Below are positions 1 to 11,849 of a stretch of 64,000 nucleotides of DNA, piece after piece. The stretch is from Felis catus. Taxonomy: Eukaryota. How positions within the stretch are numbered: position 1 is the first letter of the stretch; every line of letters starts with the position of its first letter. Both the position numbers and the translations under genes were made by a program. The notes below the pieces were generated by a model, which was not told where the DNA came from, did not search any database, and worked only from the letters and a program-made list of their open reading frames with translations. The stretch is taken from contig NC_058368.1 in assembly GCF_018350175.1 (NCBI RefSeq), positions 71,736,001 to 71,800,000 of the forward strand. Reading direction: 5' to 3'.

Positions 1-1952
1 ATGGGACTTTCCCCGGGGAAGCTAATAACTGAGTGTAAGTCCTTCTCTTTCGAATACAGGTTGCACTGCCTCCGGACCCGCAAGGAACTTGGGAGGCAGA
101 ATTCAATCATACCATCCATACTCCGTGATGTGAAAACAGTGAGTGGGACTGAAAATAGCAGTGAAAACAGTGAGCGGGACCTGAAAACCAACTCAAAATG
201 ATGGAGAGTGCAGCTTGAGAGATGGGTGTTTTCAACCACCTACTTTAAACTCCCAAGGGGAAAAAAATGATTATGATCTGTCATGCAAAGCCTATGTGGA
301 CAGGTGGATACAGTCAGAGGACAAAAAGGACACAAAAGACCACAGCCAAGAATAACTGGCAGGGTCAAGACACTGAGGCTGGATGTGTGGAGAGGGGCAA
401 CCTCATAGCTTTATATTTTCCAATGACTAAATAAGCTGACAGAGACTGTAGAAGGCCATTCACTTCAGTCTGGAAGCAGGGCCACAGGCCTCATTTTCAT
501 TTACCCTTGCCTTTTCCTGAAGGGGGTTCAAGTGAACAGGAAAACAGATCCTGGGAAGGTGGGGTGACCTGTAGACAAGAGGTCAACAGAAAACCTTTTT
601 CCTAATTGATCCATCTGCCTTCTGTCCTAAGGAACTTCAACCTAATGAAAATCTACTCAGATTCTTAAAAGGCTCTCCACAGAAGCCACATTTACCACTG
701 CTATCTGTGTGCGAACATGAAGTATTTCCAGGTTAACTTTCTTGAAAACATTTCACATGTAACATTAAAGGCCCAAGAATCTCTTTCCATTTTTAAAGCA
801 AACACAACAAATGTCAAAGGAATGCTACTGAACCAAAAAAGAAAGATCATGTTGCTACTGCTGTTAACACAGTTCCATCCAGACTGGAATATACTTCACC
901 AATTTCTCAAGAATCAATGTATTAGTTGAAAAGCCATCATACGTTGAAACACTTTTACCTTTGGTATTAGTTTCCAAAGGCTTTATTAAAAAATTTATCT
1001 TCTGTAGAGATGGCTCTTGGAGATAATTTTGTAATTTACAAATGAGTTTAACACAGATGCATATGTCAGAATATGTACATTTGTGAAATGAAGGGGGGGG
1101 GGGAAGGTAAATACTAAAGGAACCAGGGAAAGAATATAAGATGTCTTTAGTTTTTCACCATTCTCTGAGAATAGACCACACTAAAGGAGGCTAATAAATG
1201 TATCAGTTCACACTTGATAGAAGAACTGTTAGTCTTCTGATAGTTTTTTCATTAATCCACCCGAGTAATCTTTAGAAATAGTGAGACGTTTTATTCTATC
1301 TCCTATATTATGTGTCCCACATGTTAAAATCTATCAACATTTAGTATTTTCTTCAAAAAAAAAACTTCTGATGTCTTTGACAGGCATTCAGTATAGGGAA
1401 TAGAGTCTTTAAGGGAGGGATGTGTTAAAATTAATAAAATGATTGATTCTTCATTACAACTTTAGAGTTGTCTTTGATAAAGGCCAACAGATTTAATTTT
1501 TAATTTTATTTAGGAGAAATATGACGAATAAATTATCCTCTGTAATTACAAATGCAGATTTATTTGGCAACTTAAGAACGTGAAGTACCACTGTCTATAA
1601 TGAGCATAAGAGTGAGTAGAAAATGGACTCTCTCCCCCTCTCCCACTTCCCCATTCCGATTGGGTCTTATGGAAAAGCCACAAAATGGTACTCAATGTGC
1701 TATGAGGCTGGGGCAGGTGCACTCTGTCATCCTACTGCTCCCCCTACCAGATCCCCGGGGCCATGTGTATCTTAGGAGTTTTATGATCACCATAGGTGGG
1801 GAGATACTGACCCCAGGAAGAGCTGGACATGCCTAATTGCTAAGTTAACTTTCAGTTTCAGGAAGAAAAGTTACCACCAGTATTCTCTGTACTTGAAGCT
1901 GTTCTGTTCAGCTGTCCCCAACCTCTGCTCTATCAGAAACATGGTGAGTCAG

Positions 1953-2194
1953 GGGGCGCCTGGGTGGCGCAGTCGGTTAAGCGTCCGACTTCAGCCAGGT
2001 CACGATCTCGCGGTCCGGGAGTTCGAGCCCCGCGTCAGGCTCTGGGCTGATGGCTCGGAGCCTGGAGCCTGTTTCTGATTCTGTGTCTCCCTCTCTCTCT
2101 GCCCCTCCCCCGTTCATGCTCTGTCTCTCTCTGTCCCAAAAATAAATAAACGTTGAAAAAAAAAATTAAAAAAAAAAAAAAAAAAAAGAAAAGA
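1953..2194 (+). mobile_element. Young CanSINE (SINEC_Fc type)
   Basis: ggggcgcctgggtggcgcagtcgg head, CT tract, long A tail, CpGs retained; TSD agaaacatggtgagt(c/t)ag at 1935-1952 and 2195-2212. Confidence 0.95.
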
Positions 2195-2644
2195 AGAAAC
2201 ATGGTGAGTTAGTAGAAAACTGGTGGTTTTATCTCAGTATGATAAAATAATGGTAACAAAGGGGGGTGCAGGGTGTTTGGGTGTAACCAAGTGCTCGGTA
2301 AGCATGGTGCAGTCTGGGGCCACTGGGGTCACCCTTCTGCTGTGTCTCAGCAGAGCTGCAGGTCTGAGACAACTGATGCTCCAAGACATAATCTGCCCCA
2401 TGTTCAGCCTGTACAGGATGGGATGGAGGAGGGGCAGTGAGTGAAAAATCTCGCAGGCCAACTCCAGTCCACCCTTGGGAACTACGGGTAGTTTCTATAT
2501 GGATGTCCTAGGTACAATGCGTAGAACATCAAAACAACACAGCTTGTGCTAGAAGAATTTACAACCCTGCCTAAATCTTTTTGTAGAAAAAAAAATAAGG
2601 TTTAAAAGAAGTCTATTGTTCATTTTTTGAAAAAGTCTATTGGG

Positions 2645-3110
2645 TACACCAATGTTCAAAGCAGTACTCACAGTAGCCAAAAGGTAGAAAGGACCCAAAT
2701 GCCCACTGGCAGATAAATAAATCATGATATATACATACAATGGAATTATTCAGCTTTGAAAAAAATTCGGACACCTGCTACTACATAGATGAACCTTGAG
2801 GGTGTTATGCTCAGTAAAATAAGCCAGACACAAAAGGACAAATATTGTATGAATCTACTTCTATGAGGTACCTAGAACAGTCAAACTCATGGACAGAAAG
2901 TAGAATGGTGTTCTCCAGGGGCTAAGGAAGGGGGAGCAGGGAGTTGCTGTTTAATGGGTACAGAGTTTCACTTTTGCAAGATGAAAAAGTTCTGGAGATG
3001 GACAATGGTGATGGTTGAACAGTGGGAATATATTTAATGCACTGAACTGGTACATTTAAAATGGTTAAAATGGTCAATTTGATGTTACATATATTTTATC
3101 ACAAGAAAAA
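2645..3110 (+). mobile_element. Old L1 (L1MB-like) 3' end fragment
   Basis: ORF2 C-terminal and 3'UTR hallmarks: cccaaatgccca, aatggaattattcagc, gatgaaccttgag...ataagccagacacaaaaggacaaatattgtatga, gatgaaaaagttctggagat. Confidence 0.8.
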
Positions 3111-3657
3111 TAAGGGAGGAAAAGTCTATGGGGATTTAAATAATATAACTAAGTCTTTGTTTTGTTAGGGAACTCCCACTAATATACAGGACATTAAAAT
3201 ATCACAAGAATCTGGTCCTTGGGTCATTTTCACCTTAGGACAGCACTTTTTGAAAGGCAAACTGTGTTAGAAACTCTTTCAGAATCCTGAAAGCAAATGT
3301 TAAGGTTAAGTAGCCCCACTGACACTTACTGTGGGGATGGACACCACCTGGGAGTTGCGGGGAGGGAGAAAACGAAGGAGATGTTGTTCAACCTTCTAAA
3401 TGGTTGTCTTCCAAACACACAGAGACCTCAGGAGAGGCAGAACCTCAGGCCTCAGGGATGGTCCCACGTCATTAACTACTGATTTGTTTCGTGTAAGGTT
3501 GAAAGGAAAGAAATCCTTAGAAATGGATTGTCTAGATGTCTGAGATAAGCACAATGTTTTAAAGATTAAAAAAGCATGTCATTAAAATCTGTTGATGCTT
3601 AATCTGGTGAATCACCTGGCCTTTAAAAAGAAAACAACTATTTAAAAACAAAAACAA

Positions 3658-3881
3658 GGGGCGCCTGGGTGGCGCAGTCGGTTGAGCGTCCGACTTCAGC
3701 CAGGTCACGATCTCGCGGTCCGTGGGTTTGAGCCCCGCGTCGGGCTCTGGGCTGATGGCTCAGAGCCTGGAGCCTGTTTCCGATTCTGTGTCTCCCCCTC
3801 TCTCTCTGCCCTTCCCCCATTCATGCTCTGTCTCTCTCTGTCCCAAAAATAAATAAACGTTGAAAAAAAAAAAAAAGAGTC
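3658..3881 (+). mobile_element. Young CanSINE (SINEC_Fc type)
   Basis: Full head, CT tract and A tail; TSD tttaaaaacaaaaacaa. Confidence 0.95.
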
Positions 3882-4170
3882 TTTAAAAACAAAAACAAAA
3901 AACATCCAAAGTGGAGGTATGGCAGTAGGGACGCTTATATCCCCCTAATTTAGCTCGAATAATGATCGACTTCTGGCCAGTCTGGCCACATGCTTCCTGC
4001 CTCCCCTCAGATTAATTTGAAGCAAATTGCAGACATTATACCATTTCATCCACAAATATTTCACCATGAGTCTCTAACAGAACTGTTTTCAAAACATACC
4101 TGTGATGCCATTATCATGCCTAATAATTTACCAATTTGTTAGTAGAACTGAATGTACCTCCTGGCTATTT

Positions 4171-4285
4171 CTTTTTAAGTTTATTTATTTATTTCAGTAA
4201 TCTCTACACCCAATGTGGGGCTTGAACTCATGACCCTGAGATCAAGAGTCACACGCTCTTCTGACTGAGCCAGCCAGGTGTCTCC
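4171..4285 (-). mobile_element. Short older CanSINE
   Basis: Reverse tRNA-like head (ctgactgagccagccagg) without CT tract; TSD ctcctggctattt. Confidence 0.85.
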
Positions 4286-4394
4286 CTCCTGGCTATTTTT
4301 AATGATGGTTTTGATAAGCTTTGCTTCATTGGTCCAATGAGTACAGGGAAGCAGAGGAACACAAGGCAGCTGCCGTTGGCTTTGAAGTGAGTTA

Positions 4395-4527
4395 GACTCC
4401 AGTGTGAACCCAGTTCTGCCATAAGTAGCTGTGTGACCCTGAAAAAGTTACTTAAACTGTCAGTCCTACATCTGGAAAAATGGGGAAGTAATTCCACAAA
4501 GACTGTTACATACTTAAATGAGAAAGC

Positions 4528-4528
<1 letters not shown>
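4395..4528 (+). mobile_element. MIR fragment
   Basis: tagctgtgtgaccctgaaaaagttacttaaac...catctggaaaaatgggga matches the MIR core. Confidence 0.65.

Positions 4529-4601
<73 letters not shown>
4529..4601. repeat. (TA)n(CA)n microsatellite
   Basis: Direct reading. Confidence 0.98.
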
Positions 4602-4604
<3 letters not shown>

Positions 4605-4774
4605 ACATACACACATATACATGTGCCACTAGATATAGCCAATAAATGGCAGCTATTATATTAACAGCAAAGTCATCTATGTTTATAAGTAAAAAATTTT
4701 CTTCTGGAAACCTGTATTAATCATTACTAAAAAAAATTTGGAACCACTCAGATGGTGACAACAACCCTGAAAAT

Positions 4775-5040
4775 CATCTGTCTCAGACATTGGCAAACTT
4801 TGCAAAGGACTGGGCAGTAAGTGTCTTAGGCTTTCAGGCTAGGTGGCCTGTGTCGACATTATGGAACTGACGCTGTAGGGCAAAATCAGTCCCAGACAGA
4901 ATGAAAATAAGTGGGTGTGCCTAGGTCTCAATAAAACTTTATATGTGGGCACTGGAATCTGAATTTCATGTCATTTTTTATATGTCACAATAGGTTACTA
5001 TTGGTTTTTATTTCCCAGCCACTTAAAAATGTAAAAATCA
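4775..5040 (+). mobile_element. MER58B-like hAT-Charlie DNA transposon, 5' part
   Basis: ttggcaaactt...caataaaactttatatgtgggcactg...cacttaaaaatgtaaaaatca resembles the recalled MER58B consensus; interrupted by the PRR13 retrocopy. Confidence 0.65.
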
Positions 5041-6182
5041 GAGAGCCGAGGAGGAGTCAAGCCCAGGCAGCAGTGTAAAGGCTGGAAGAAAAATACCTCA
5101 ATAGTGCCAGCAAAATCCCTGGGGCCAAATCCCTGGAGGTTCCAATCTTGCCTGTCCTCCAGACCTCTTTCCAACTCCCCTAGCAGCTGCTGGGGGATCC
5201 AGCTTTCCCCTTGGGTGCACCCCTCATCTTGTACCACAACCAGGGGATCCAGGGTGTTCACCCTTAGGTCCCTACCCACCTCCTGTTCCTGGCATGCCTC
5301 CTGTGAATCTCTTGGCACATGGTATGGTAGGACCAGGTATGGTGATGGCCAAGAAGATGCGGAAGAAAATGAAGAAAAGCTCATAAAAAGACACGCAAGC
5401 ACCACAAGCATGCCAAGCATTCTTCTTCTTTCTCTTCCCCTTCCTCCAGCAGGGACTCTGACTAAATACAGGGCCTGAACCCTTCCCTCAAGCCTCTCAA
5501 GTTCCCATCAAGCTTCAGATGCCATCTTGTACTGGGGAAAATTAGCCCTCCTCCCTCACCCCCCAATCAAGCCTTACTCTGCTGTTCAGACCTGACTGGC
5601 TGGGGAAAATGGGACAAGAATGACCATTGGCTAGGGGTGCCTGGGTGGCTCAGTCAGTTGAGTGTCTGACTCCTGATTTCAGCTCAGGTCATGATCTCAC
5701 AGTTTGTGAGTTTGAGACCTGCATCAGGCTCTGTGCTGATAGTGTGGAGTCTGCTTGGGATTCTGTCTGCTCCCTCAGTCCCTATCTTCCTCCCACTCTC
5801 TCTCAAAATAAATAAATAAACTTAAAAAAAGAAAGAAGAGAATGACCATGGGCTAGCAAAGACCGTCTTGTCACTACTTGGACGGAACTTTTAGCTCATG
5901 AGTTTAGCAGGAGAACAATTTTTTGAGGATGGTGAGACCTTTGAGCTAAATGCTGAAGACAAGTTTAGGATCTGTAAGATATGATTTTTTTTAACTTTCT
6001 TTTGTAATACTTGTGGTTGGAAGGTGTGTAAATTTAATTATGGAAAAAAAAAGAAACTACCATTTTTGAAATGGTAAAAAAAAAAAAGTTATAAAAATCA
6101 TTCTTAAAATTTGCCTGAACACGTGATCATTAAATTAGGTAGCAATGGCTCAATGTGTATTTTGGAAAAAACAAAACAAAAC
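5041..6182 (+). pseudogene. PRR13: PRR13 (proline-rich 13) processed pseudogene
   Basis: Frameshifted, intronless translation ...PGGSNLA...VPQPGDPGCSPLGPYPPPVPGMPPVNLLAHGMVGPGMVMAKKMRKKMKK/AHKKTRKHHKHAKHSSSFSSPSSSRDSD* (stop 5463-5465) matches recalled PRR13. Followed by 3'UTR-like sequence, ATTAAA 6129-6134, decayed A tail 6166-6182 and an aaatca repeat on both flanks. Confidence 0.88.
5634..5839 (+). mobile_element. CanSINE inside PRR13 pseudogene 3'UTR
   Basis: SINE head and tail; TSD gaatgaccat(t/g)ggctag at 5618-5634 and 5840-5856. Confidence 0.92.
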
Positions 6183-6255
6183 AAATCATTCTTAGCTTGC
6201 AGGCCACATGAGAAGAGCTAACAGGCTTGATTTGGCCCATGGGACCACCCTGACT
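6183..6255 (+). mobile_element. MER58B-like element, 3' part
   Basis: aaatcattcttagcttgcaggccac...gatttggcccatggg continues the consensus where it broke at 5040. Confidence 0.6.
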
Positions 6256-7284
6256 CCTGCCTGCCTGCCTGCCATTTACCAGCCCTGAGATTTCCATGTC
6301 ACCAGCCCCAGCACACAAACATTATGAATGAGTGGTTTGCTCTTTGTGATCAACAAGGGATTAATTCACAGAAGGTACCAAAGAACAAGCATTAGTATAT
6401 GACAATAACAGGAAAGTCCTGGACCCTGGACCATACCTGAGCCTTGAGAAGTTGTGGAAAAACTTCAAGGAGGCCAAGGTACTGAAGATATTCCAGAGGA
6501 AATCATCCTTGGAGCCTTCCCTCTTTTCACTTCACCCCAACCCCCGATATAAATCATTGATTGTGACACATAAGGAGAGTTCTACAGTCCATAAACTCCT
6601 AACTTCTTCAGATACAGAAACTGGACATGTAACTGTTGCTGGAGCTGGCAGGTATGACTACTACATAAGCCAAGTTCATCACACCCAATGTCTACGATCG
6701 AGCAACCTGGAAGGTATGACTTGACTTGGGGATGACTGGAGTCCATCTAATGAGCAGAGCCATACAGGGATTCTCTGCGTCTCAGTAAGTGCACCTGCTA
6801 TGCTGTCCCAAGACATTCCTCCATGCCCCCACCCCAACACACATACCCAATGAGTCATTTCAATTCCAGCAACAATGACTTTCTTTGTAAGTACTAATAA
6901 CACTCCAATGATTAAAGCAAGAATTTCATAATCCAGGTACCTATCCACAGCTAGTCATCTGTTCCAGCATTTTTGTTTTTTTTTTTTCCACTGAGAGGTT
7001 TTAATAAAGAATAAACAAAAGTGCTTCCCCTACAATTTTACTGCCAATAAAATTACAAAAATCAACCACGACTGTGTTAGTAAGAGCAGAAGCTCTTGGT
7101 TTCACCACTCAATAGAATGGCCCCATGTGAACGCTAATGTATGAAGTTTGTATTATTAAAAAAGCAATGGAGTAGACACATATCTAAAGAGAGACTTTTT
7201 GACCCACATCCTCGCAAAGTGATAAAATTATATAAATGGATTAATTTCCCATCTTAAACATAAGAAGGCAAATATCATGCTTAC

Positions 7285-7372
7285 TTTCTCTAAATGCTTT
7301 ACAGTAGCCAAGGAAAGATAACAGAAAGAACAGGGCACCCAGGAGGTCTGCACGGCCGACAACACCAGCAAC
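7285..7372 (-). CDS. TMTC4: TMTC4 coding exon (88 nt); gene continues beyond window start
   Basis: VAGVVGRADLLGALFFLLSFLGYCKAFRE(S), with the TMTC VGRAD motif. Acceptor ttttcttctccttcttttaag|GTT, donor GAAA|gtaagc. Confidence 0.95.
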
Positions 7373-9267
7373 CTTAAAAGAAGGAGAAGAAAAATAGATT
7401 TAGGTAAAAAAAAAAAATTTTTTTTAAATCCTAAATGTATAAAAAATTTCTTAGAAACGAAAGGCAAAAACCTTACTAGATTCTTCCATCTATTAAAATA
7501 ATCTGTGCTGACTACACAGCAGCCCTGTGGTCTTATCTTATGATTGGTTTCTCTTTTCCCTCTTTGGTCTAGGACTTGAGCTAGCTGCTCCCAAGAGAGC
7601 GGGACTGGCAGGGTCGTGCTGATGGCCGTTCTGGGAGCAGGACACAGTCGGCAATGCACGTGGGCCATGAGAGCTCTGTCACAGCACACCGCGCCCTAGA
7701 GCCCAGAGGCCTGTGCCGCTGATATCCCCAAAGTGGATTTATAATTGGAAAATGTTATCAGCTCAAAGGGCATAATATTTACTAAAGAAAATTTGATTGG
7801 AAACATGAAGGAAAGCTGGGAAATTAATGTTGCAGGTCACTGGGCAAATAGAGAAAGACACAGGAACAGTGGTTCAGTGCTACCTCTGCCCCTCCTCCTC
7901 CCTTCGAGACCAAAACTTGGGTTAACCCGGAAAGCAGAATGCTTCAAAAGGGATTGAGAAATAAGATGAAAACAGAATAAAATGTCAACCATCTCTTTCT
8001 CTCATGACTGCCCTTCCCTTCTTTACCTTAGTGATAACAAAGCAAATGTGAAATTCATGTCTCATGTCACATCCAGTAATTGTTCTCCAAGTGTCTCCTG
8101 GCAGAGAAAGACACACAACTCCACTCAGGAGTGTGGGTCTAGTTAATGTGGCACGCTCTGCTAACGAACTAGCACCTGGATGTGACACGTACCAAATTCT
8201 CTGGTATTCTCTGGATTCTCTAGGTGTCACCCCAATAGCTGGTAAGTTTATCTTTTCTTAAAGGACAGATACTATGATTATGTGGGACAGAATAAAGACT
8301 ATGCTATAAATGGAGAGAAGAGACTATACAAAGAATATGAAAATGACTACAATTACATTCGATTCCCAAGTGTGTGGACAAGAGATGGCTATTTTAGCAG
8401 CATTCCCATGCTACCCTGCTAGATATGAAACGCTGAGGGTGATTTTCCATGCTGATTGTTAACTCCTGACGGCAGTGCGTGTGGCATCCCAAGGAGTCAC
8501 GCAATCACTAGGATTGAAGGGGCTGAGGAATCCAACCCGTGAATGCCACCCACGTGAAAAACACCTCCCAAGAAGGAAGCTAAGGACAAACAAAGCTTCA
8601 ATGGATCTGGAACAAGTATGCCAATATGCCGGAGGGTTGAACAGTACAATTAACTTCAGGAACGAAGTGAGTACGCAATGAGAGTTCTTGAATACTCCAG
8701 CCTGCAACTCACTCAATCAGGGACACAGTAAAAACAGGGATGCAGGTAAACCACACAGTAGATGCTGCTCACGGTTAGCTCCCTGCATGACTCTTGATGT
8801 GTGCTTCTAGAAGCATGGGGAGCAGAAAGAAACAAAGGGCATAGGAGCCCAGGGTGAGGCAGGTTTTGGCTCCACAGCACTGTGGTGACAAAGAGAGCAG
8901 GGGACCAACCCCACCCCCCAGGACAATGAGAAGGAAAGGAGGGGCATCTTCCTTCTGAGACTACCTACAGGGGCTGAGGATGGCCCTGAATCCCAAACCC
9001 TTACGGAACAGAAAATTATCCAAACCAATGCAGAGAAGCTTATCCAAAGTGGTCCCTAAGGCAAGGGACTCAGGGGAAGCAGGGAATGGGGTTGTGAGGG
9101 GCCAGAGAACAAAGTTTCTTCAAATGAATGAGGGAAGGGTAGTGTTCCTATAAATACCAGGGATGGGGTGAAAACAACCAGCCTAAACTACTTATTATCT
9201 AGGTAGCTAAGGTACATTTAAAGATCTACACTAAAATGAACTTTTAAACCTACATAAACTTAAAAAA

Positions 9268-9490
9268 TGTTTTTAAAGTTTTATTTATTTTTGAGAAAGA
9301 GAGAGAGAGAGTGAATGAGCATATGAGCAGAGGAGGGGCAGAGAGAGGGGGAGAGAAAGAGAATCCCAAGCAGGCCCTGCACTGTCAGTGCAGAGTCCGA
9401 TGCGGGGCTCAAGCTCATGAACAGAGAGATCGTGACTTGAGCCAAAATCAGGAGTCAGACACTTAACTGACTAAACTATCCAGGCATCCC
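9268..9490 (-). mobile_element. CanSINE
   Basis: T-rich tail, (GA)n, reverse head. Confidence 0.9.
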
Positions 9491-9847
9491 ATTACACAAA
9501 TCTATTTAGAAAATAAACATTCGTTGGGTAACTGGTGAAAATACTCCCAAGTCTTTAAGCAATGTATGTACATGACATTGTCTGACATAAATAAAAACAC
9601 ATTTAAAAAAGAATGGCTGGTGTTTTAAAGCAAAAGAGTTTTTAGTCCTTACAAAGAATTTTTGACATTATAATTAAAGAGAGACTTCACAGAAAAAAAA
9701 TTTAAGGCTATCCAAGGAGGGAGGCACTGTGTCCAATTGTTTGGGGAATTGACAACAGTATGGAAAGACATTATTTTCCTTCCCTGTTATCTGTGGTATG
9801 TATTTTCAGGCAAAAGTCTTTACAAAGGCTATTTTTTTTCTTACAAA

Positions 9848-10316
9848 GGAAAGGGAACAGACTCTTCCACCTTAGATATGCCACTTTGGCATATTGATTA
9901 TCTTGAATTAAAGGTACCTGAGAAACAGCGAATACTAGATGGACGATCTGACCATCCTTTATCCCACTGAAAGCAGGAAATAAATCTCCCCTGTGAAAAG
10001 TAGCCTCCTTCTATCAGGAGTGTAGAAGGTATCCCTATCACCAGAAGTAGGGAATTTAGAGCTGGAAAAATCTACGTAAACAGCCCCTGTTACTTCTTCA
10101 CTAATTCACTACCCCAATCCCACATCCCTTTGTCTTACCAATTCTTCACAAATTTAGAAAAGCTTCCTGCTTTGGTCACTTCTTTGAATCTCATACTTTT
10201 ATGGGGCTCCAGAAATTAAATTTGTTTTTCTCCTGTTGATCTGTCTTATGTCAATCTAATTATTAGGCCAGCCAAAGAACCTAGAAATGAGGAAGGGAAA
10301 ATTTTCCACCTCTTCA
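9848..10316 (+). mobile_element. MER34-like ERV1 solo LTR
   Basis: atatgccactttggcatattgattatcttgaattaaagg...gagaaacagc start and ccagccaaagaacctag...gggaaaattttcc end resemble the recalled MER34 family. Confidence 0.7.
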
Positions 10317-10808
10317 GAGATAACCTGGGACACTCACATCAGGGTTTTCTAGAGAAATCATTGCAATTCCCTCAAATCCATAGAGCAGGTGGTGTATTTG
10401 CATAGGGATGGCAAGAAGGAATTAGAGGAAGGGAAAGGGGGAATGTTTTCCCACCTAATTCCTTCAGTATTAAACTTTGGCTTCATACATGGACAGAATT
10501 CCTAAGGAGGCCTGAGCTTCCCTCTTTGATACCAAATTCAGGCAACTTGAAATCCTTACCAATGCTCTGAGGAAAAGGAAAATCTATGGTGGCACTAGTG
10601 TCCCCTGGGCCTCCATCCTGCTGGCCACAGACAAGAGCAACCCTCCCTGATGACTGGTCTGTCGGAGGCCTTATACACCTACGAACACCCTGGAGTGATT
10701 TGGGGTGGCATATTGGAAAACGAGAGGCATTCAGTATTAGTTGAGGAGCAAATACCACTAATTACAATTATTTCATTACCAGTTGGGGAGCAATAGGTGG
10801 GAAGACTA

Positions 10809-10920
10809 TAGAGTGACCAACTCATCCTGGTTTGCCTGGGACGGTCCCAGTTTCAGAATGGAAAGTCCCAGGCTGCAGAACTCCCTGAATATGGGGCAAA
10901 CTGGATGGCTGGTCACCCTA
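10809..10920. mobile_element. MER81-like hAT-Blackjack MITE
   Basis: Terminal inverted repeats tagagtgacca / tggtcacccta, ~112 bp, internal cctggtttgcctgggac. Confidence 0.8.
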
Positions 10921-11401
10921 GAAGACCGGGAAATTTAGGTTCTTATTTGCAGTGGACAAAAACATCCTCAAAGTTAATATCAAGAAGGCACAAAACACAT
11001 AAATGTTAATACAAAGAAATTTATATTACTAAAACCTGGAGGGGCCACGTTGCTGTTGCTTTCCCTTAGTAAATGAAAACAGAAGCACAATGACTCCCAC
11101 CCCCGAGTCCCCATCCTAGATCACTGTTCAGCTGGGGGGCGCTGCGCCAAGGACAGTCATGCAGGACCCTGGCCCAGCCTGGAGCCCGAAGCCCAGGGCT
11201 ACTCCCCCAGCACTGGCCTGGGGGCTTCGACAGGCTCTCTTTCCACCTAGCTCCTTGGGCCCTGCTTTTTGCTTATTTTTACAGCTGTGTTAAATGGAGA
11301 GTGGGGGATAATGGGTGGGTGTAGATAGGAGGAAACAATACTATTGGCCACGACAATGAAAGATGAACATACGAATAGTCTGTTTTAAGAATGCTAATTT
11401 T

Positions 11402-11607
11402 GGGGGTGTGTGGGTGGCTCAGTCGGTTAAGCATCTGACTCTTGATTTCACTCAGGTTATGATCTCATGGTTGTGAGATCCAGTTCTGTGTTGGGCTCCA
11501 TCCTGAGTGAGTGTGGAGCCTGCTTGGGATTCTCTGTCTTCCTCTCTCTCTATCCCTCTCCTGCTCTCTCTTTCAGAATAAATAAATAAACATTACCTAA
11601 AAAAAAA
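11402..11607 (+). mobile_element. CanSINE
   Basis: Head, CT tract, A tail; TSD aagaatgctaattt. Confidence 0.92.
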
Positions 11608-11808
11608 AAGAATGCTAATTTTTAATGATCCATAATTTTTTCTTGCAGTTTGAGTTTGAATGACTTTGATGGAATGGAGGGGTGGGGGAGATGAAGAGAT
11701 TTTTCTCAAAAATTCCCTACTCTCCTATAGCTAGATCTCCCTTGGCTTCTTTTTAAATACTTCAAATGCAGAATTTTAGGGTTAATATGTTCCCAGATTG
11801 CATTTACT

Positions 11809-11809
<1 letters not shown>

Positions 11810-11847
<38 letters not shown>
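11810..11847. repeat. (TG)n microsatellite
   Basis: Direct reading. Confidence 0.98.

Positions 11848-11849
<2 letters not shown>

Noticed and set aside
1953..2030. tRNA gene (A/B-box-like heads, many copies)
   Set aside because: tRNA-derived SINE heads followed by CT tract, A tail and TSD; not tRNAs.
5104..5478. 124-aa plus-strand ORF as a functional PRR13 retrogene
   Set aside because: Not in the PRR13 frame; the true frame has frameshifts, deletions and no intact start.
6101..6165. Possible snRNA (U6-like) fragment after the first A run
   Set aside because: No match to the recalled U6 sequence; better explained as the distal PRR13 3'UTR with ATTAAA before the tail.
7228..7689. 153-aa minus-strand ORF over the 88-nt exon
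   Set aside because: Wrong frame relative to the TMTC4 exon and mostly intronic low-complexity sequence.
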